Source: Cyanophora paradoxa CCMP329
Lineage: Eukaryota; Plantae; Glaucophyta
Assembly (NCBI GenBank): GCA_004431415.1
Contig: QPMI01000071.1
Span: 477,554 to 541,553 of the forward strand
Reading direction: 5' to 3'
DNA length: 64,000 bases
In this document: piece after piece, positions 58,369 through 64,000 of the stretch
Numbering within the stretch: the stretch's first letter is position 1
Layout: each line of letters opens with the position of its first letter
Translations under genes and position numbers: made by a program
The notes under the pieces: model-generated
Told to the model about the DNA's origin: nothing
Seen by the model: the letters and a program-made list of their open reading frames with translations, nothing else
Database searches by the model: none

Positions 58369-60195
58369 ATGCCCGGGCCCGCGCCCCCGCATCCAGTTGT
58401 GGGGGCGCTGAGGCGTCTGGTTCCTGCTTCGTTCGTGGTCCCCTTGCTGCTCACATCCAACGTCGTATGTGCCATTGGCTGCATCATGGTCTCCTCCCGC
58501 GCGCTCGCACGTTCCCGGCTCGCTCTGTTGACGCGCACCCCGGCCAGGTCAACAAAGTTCTGTTCCGGCATGGTGAGGCGCTGCAGCGGCCTTTAGCGCC
58601 CGCTCGCTGGGCTTACGCAGCGCCGCGCCGCGGCCGCAACGCGCGAAACGGGCTCAAGCGCTGCCTTCGCTGCGCAGGGTTTCACTTCGGCATCTCGCTC
58701 ACCTGCATTCACTTCTACATCTCTTCTGTATCTATGCTCCTTATGGCATGGCTCGGATTGTTCGAGGTCAAGAAGGTGCCGCTCCGGGCGATGCTTCCCG
58801 TGGCCTTCATCTTCAGCGTGGGCCTTGTGCTCGCAAATCTGAGCCTCGACTGGAATTCCATCGGGTTCTATCAATTGATGAAGATCCTGCAGGCGCGCGC
58901 CTCCGCCGCTCTCGTCGTCGATTGCCGCGACTGAGGCCTCCGCTCAGACTCCTCTCGTGGGCCTCATCGAATTCCTTTTCTACGGTGAGCGCAGCGGTGT
59001 ATTGCCTCTGCGAACGCCGTTGCGGTTCTCTCTTGCCCGCGCGGCGCTTCGGGGAGAGCGATCGGCGGGGCGCGCAGGCCAGAAGCGGTCGCTGAAGGAG
59101 GGCGTCGGCCTGGCGATCATCTGCGTGGGCATCGGCATCGCGACCGTGCGGGACGCCGGGACGAACGTCGTCGGGACGGTCATCGCGGTGGCGGCGGCGC
59201 TCTTCCAGTCGGGGAGCCACATCAACTCGAAGAGCGTGCAGCATGACCTCGACGCCAACGCCTTGCAGGTGGCCCCGCCCCTCCATCCCCCACCGCCCCC
59301 GCACCGCCGCCGACGCGCCACGGCGGGGCGCAGATGCTCTACTACCAGTTCCCCCTCTCCGCCGCCATCCTCACCGTCTCCGTCGTCGTCTTCGACAACA
59401 AGGCGCGCCTCGCGGGGCCCCGGGCCCCACCCCCCGGCGCTCGCTCCCGCCGCTGAGGCGCCGCCCCGCGGCGGCCCTCGCGCAGGTGCTCGCGCACTCG
59501 TTCGACCTGCGGACGGGGGGCCTGCTGCTCCTCTCGGCCTTCATGGGCTTCTGGGCGATCGTCTCGGGCTGGTTCGTCCTCAAGAGCACCTCCGCACTCA
59601 CCTTCTCCGTCGTCGGCCACCTCAAGACCACCCTCATCCTCTTCTGGGGGTGCCCGCGCGCCCCCTACCCCCTCCCGCCCCCCCCTCCCGCCGCCCCCCC
59701 CCCCCCCTCCCCCGTCCCCCGTCCCCGTCCCCCCGTCCCCCCGTCCCCCCGTCCCCCGTCCCCCGTCCCCCCCTTCTCACGGGGCGAGGCGGCGGTGCAG
59801 GTTCATCTTCTTCGACGCGGACCTCTCGGCGCGGACGGCGATCGGCTCGCTGCTCGCCCTCGCCGGCATGGTGGTCTACTCCATGTACCGCAGCCAGGAG
59901 GCCCGCCCGCCCGCCCTGCCCTCCCCGCTACCTCGCCTGAGCGCGCGCCGGGTGGCAGATCTACCGGAAGGAGGGGGCCTGGTGGGGCGGGGCGGCGGCG
60001 GCGAAGGGGCGGCTGCTGCCGATCCAGGAGGAGAAGACGGTGAAGGACGAGGTGGACGGGCTGCGCTACGGCATCCTCCGCTTCCTCGAGATGCAGGGCT
60101 TCTCCTCGCTGCTCCAGTGGCGCTCCGTCCTCCTCCTCGCCGCCGCCGTCCTCGCCCTCGCCGCCGCCGGCTCCCTCCTCGCCGCCAGGCGATAG
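58369..60195 (+). CDS. Nucleotide-sugar transporter (TPT/SLC35E3/UXT-like)
   Basis: IMVNKVLF, LTCIHF, NLSLDWNSIGFYQLMKI, LYYQFP, TSALTFSVVGHLKT; about 10 TM plus an extra C-terminal hydrophobic helix. Confidence 0.9.
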
Positions 60196-60973
60196 CCCCC
60201 CGCCCCCGCCCCAGGGCGGCGTACGTGGCTCTAGGTAGGCAGAGGGTAGGACGCTCAAAACCGGAGTGTGCGCAGCTGCAGCTGCAGCTTGGCCTGCGAG
60301 GGCGGGGAGGGGGATAGGAAATTCGGAGCCTTTTATTCTGAACTCTTCGGAGCCTTGAAGCCTTAGCTACAGAACTCGGAACTCGCACTGCGCATGCCTT
60401 GCAATTGATCATCGGATCACTGAGCTCGCCGCGCTCGGCCGTCACTGAGTCACGGCGTCGACCGCAAGCCATTATACGCCGTGACGTTACATGATTTTCT
60501 CAAAATATCCGTTATATGATCGACCATGTAGCCTAGTTATATAATTAGACTCCGGGACCCGCGGGACATTACTGAGTGCTATAGCTAGGCCCAGGATTCG
60601 TGCATGCAATGATTCATGATCACTCAATGCCATAATAACTCAGCCCGGCGCCGCGGCTGTCGACGGGAATTATATATATAATTATCGGATACACACTGAT
60701 CATGATCGACATCAGGCATCAAATCAATTATCAGGTAGTACTACAATGAAAAGTTGAACTCAGTGACTAAGGTTTGCAAATTGTCCAAGAAGGCAGAACG
60801 ATTTACGCAACGACTGCCGGTCGCAGACGACAGCCACACGCACTGATGACCTACTGAGTGCTGACTGACACTATAGCTAACGAACATCTCAGAAGACCTA
60901 CACGCTCTCTCACGATTAAACGTGCGTGTGGATGATGATGAATGGCGACGGTGTCGGGGCCCGGGGGCCATGG

Positions 60974-63900
60974 TCAGACCCAGAGGGAGAGGAAGGCGCC
61001 GTCGGGGGGCTTGGCGCCCATGGCGAGGCGCTCGGCGGCGGGCAGTGTGAGGCCGGCCTCGGAGGCGATGCGGGCGAAGGCCTCGGCGGCCTCCTCGGCC
61101 GCCCCGGCCTCCTCCTCCGCGACCGAGAGCTGCAGCGCCGCCTGCGCCTCCAGCGGCCGCAGCCGCATCGCCGCGAAGCCGGCCCGCGCCGCCCGCAGCA
61201 GCGCCACGCGCCGCCCGGGGCGGAGGCCGGGCTCCGCGGCGCGCGCGAGCTGCTCGAAGGGGGCGAGGGCGGGGAGGCGGGCGCGGGCGGTGCGGCGGAG
61301 GAGGGCGAGGAGCTCGCGCGCTAGGGCCGCCGCCCGCTGCGCCTCGGCCCGGAGCTCGGCGGGGCCCTCGCCCCGCGCCCCGCTCGCCCGCCGCGAGACG
61401 GGCGAGTCGGGCGAGGCGGCGCCGGGGGCCCCGAGTAGGAGGAGAGCTCCGGGTGGCGCCCCGGCGCGCAGATAGAAGGTCGCCTCGTCCTCCACGAGCG
61501 GCGGCGGGGGCCGGCGGGGGCGACGCGGGCGGGGCAGAGGAGGCGGCGCCAGAGGGACGGGGCGGGGAGGAGGCGGGCGGCGGCGGCGGCGCGGGCGGCA
61601 GTGGCGGCGCGCCACCAGAGGGCGAAGTCGACGGCCACGAGCAGCGCCGGCATCGCAAAGTACATCAGCGTCCGCACCTGCGCGCGCCCCGCCCGCCCCC
61701 GCCCCTCGGCCCCGCTCGCCCCGCCGGCGCGGCGCGGCGCGGGGCGCGCGGGGGCGGGCACCTGGGAGCGCCAGAAGGCGGCGGCCTGGGTGACGGCGGC
61801 GAGGGCGGAGTGCGGGTCGCCGCGGCGCCAGCGGAGGACGGCGGCGAGCAGCCGGACCGTCTCCAGGGGCCACGTGCTCGCCCGCCCGGCGTCGAGCTGC
61901 GGGGGCGCGGCTCGGCCAGGCTCGGAGGGGGCGGGGCGGGGTGGGGGCGGGGCGCACGAGGAGGGCGCGGGCGAGGGGGGCCTCGGCGGCGGGGTCGCGG
62001 CCCTGGAGGAGGGCGCACCAGCCCTCGACGACGGCGGCAAGCTGCGCGGCCGCCGCGTCCATCCCGAGGCGCGAGTAGAGCGAGAGGGCCTCCTCGCACG
62101 CCGCCCCCGCCCCCGCCAGGTCCCCCGTGAGGGCCAGCGACACCGCCAGGAACATGTGCGCGTCCGACGCCAGCGGGTCCGCCCCGCCGGCCGCCACCGC
62201 CGCCCGCGCGTCCGCCAGCCCCTCCTCGAAGCGGCCCTCCCGGCACAGCCGCAGGTGCGAGTGGTTGTGCAGCGTCTGCGCGGCGCGTCAGCGCGGCGCG
62301 CTCGCTCGCGGCGGCGCGGCGGGGGCGGGCGGCGCGAGCGGGCGCGCCATCATGGCCTGCGGGACGTGGACGCGGGCCGCGAGCTCGTCGAGCATCGGGA
62401 GCGCCGCCCGCTTGGGGCCCGGCAGGCCGACCACTGCGCCGGCGCCGACCGCGTGAGGGCTCGGCGGGGGCCCGGGGCGGGCGGGGCTGGCTCGCACGGT
62501 CGAGGAGGGTCACGAGGTTGCCGATGATGCGGACGTCGGCGATGCCGTGCTCGATGGGGGGCGTGGCGAGGGCGATCTCGGCGGCGCGGACGAGGGCGGC
62601 GGCGCCGAGGCCGAAGGCGGAGCGGGGCCCGCGGAGGTGGACGCCGGCGCGGAAGGCGGCCCAGGCGATCAGCAGGGCGCAGTCCAGCACCGCCTCCCGC
62701 ACGCCCGGCGGCGGCAGGCCCGCCCCCCGCTCCCGCCCCCCGACGGCCTCTTGTACGCCACCCGCACCGCCCGCACCAGCGCCCCTGCGCCCCGCTCGCC
62801 GCCTGCCGCCCGGTCGCGGGCGGCCGACGGGGGGCACCGATGGCGACGAGCGGGGAGGAGGGCTTGGCGGCATCAGCTCCCCCGCGCTCTCGATGCACGC
62901 CAGCTGCCGCCGCCGCGTGAGGCGCGCCGAGCGGAGCGGCCCCGGGGCGGGCGCGGCGCACCGCAATCTCTCCCGCGAGGCCCATGCGCCCTGTGCCGGG
63001 GCGGCGTCAGCGCGGGGGCGGCGGGAGCAGCGGGGGCGGCGGGGCGCGCCGATTCGGTACTCAGCAAAGGCCCAGGCGCTGAGGGCCCGCGTGCGCATCG
63101 CCGCCCACTCGGCGGCCGGGCGCCCGTCCTCGAGCGGCGGCGAGGCCGGCGAGCCGGCGCCGGTGGCGCGCGACATGGGGGGCGGGGCGGCGGCGCGCGC
63201 GGCCGGCGGGAGGGCGGCGGGGCGCCGGCGAGGCCGAGCCAGTCGACGGTGACGCCTGCGGATGCTTCAGAGGGGGGCGGGGCGGGGCGGGGCGGGGCGG
63301 GCGGACCGATCTCGGCGAACATGCGGCGGGCCTCGGGAGGGCGTGCCCGCGCTGCGCGCTCACCGCCGCCCGCTCCAGCTGCACCAGCGCCCGCTCCGCC
63401 CGCCCCGCCTGCCGCCAGTGGCCCCTGCCAGCCCCGCCCGTCGGCCCCGGCCCGGCAACCCGGGTGCTGGGGCGGGCGTGGGGCCGCACGCGAGCACGGC
63501 CGGGTCGTCGGAGGCGCCGCGCTTCTCCAGCCACGCCGCGTACCGGCCGTGCAGCTCACTGCGCACGGCCGGCGGCCTCGGGGCGGGGCGGGGCGGGGGG
63601 GCGGGGCGGGGGCGGGGCGGACCGGCGGCGGGCGGCGGGGAGGGCGGCGTAGAGGGCGTCGGCGACGAGGGCGTGGATGAAGGCGAAGGGCAGCTCCAGC
63701 GGGGGCCACGCCGCCCCCTCTCTCTCCTCCCCGCCCCGCCCCGCCCCCGCCACGTCCCGCGTCCACTCCTGCGGGGGCGTCGGCGGGGCGCCGGGGCGGC
63801 GGGGGCGGGGCGGACGGTGATGAGGCCGGCGCGGCGGAGCTGGCGGAAGGCGGCGCGGGTGGCGTCGGGCCCCGGGCCCGTCGGGTCGACGGCGGCGACG

Positions 63901-64000
63901 GCGGCCGGCGTGAAGCGCGCCCCGATGACCGCCGCCACCTTGAGCACGCCCTGCGCCCCGCCGCGTCGCCTCGCCGCCCCACGCGGCCCCGCGCCCGCCC
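60974..64000 (-). CDS. 3' part of a STAND NTPase / ADCY10-like winged-helix + TPR protein (continues beyond window)
   Basis: VLKVAAVIGARF, FAFIHALVADALYAALP, LHGRYAAWLE, L.GHWRQAG..RAL..LERAA, then long Ala-rich TPR-like helices. Confidence 0.75.

Noticed and set aside
1-64000. Long Pro/Arg/Gly/Ala-rich ORFs in the ORF track (e.g. 29585-31747, 31489-33051, 35551-37320)
   Set aside because: They result from stop-codon scarcity in GC-rich DNA and are antisense or off-frame to recognisable spliced genes.

Overview
Very GC-rich, intron-dense eukaryotic nuclear DNA, not prokaryotic. The ORF track is mostly GC-driven noise, so I rebuilt genes by hand from splice signals and most coordinates are approximate. 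Several N-termini carry the Phe-containing MAF/AFV plastid transit-peptide signature, which with the composition suggests a glaucophyte such as Cyanophora (inference). About 22 multi-exon genes: divergent GCN5-like HAT+bromodomain, ST7/TPR-like+2xMYND, plastid ABC-F, a large TPR-like protein, a LEA-like protein, kinesin-14, SixA-like phosphatase, two F-box proteins, RETICULATA-related, WD40, C2, D-amino acid oxidase, a mitochondrial-carrier-family protein, AP2 TF, plastid RsmD, a stand-alone CaMKII hub, LAMTOR4, SDR, a nucleotide-sugar transporter and the 3' part of a STAND/TPR protein. The most striking patterns are about one third GC-AG introns in the ABC-F gene with a G(T/C)NCGC donor consensus, near-universal head-to-head gene pairs, introns expanded by local duplications that copy splice sites, and palindrome-saturated non-coding DNA. 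No tRNA, rRNA, CRISPR array or autonomous transposon was recognised.
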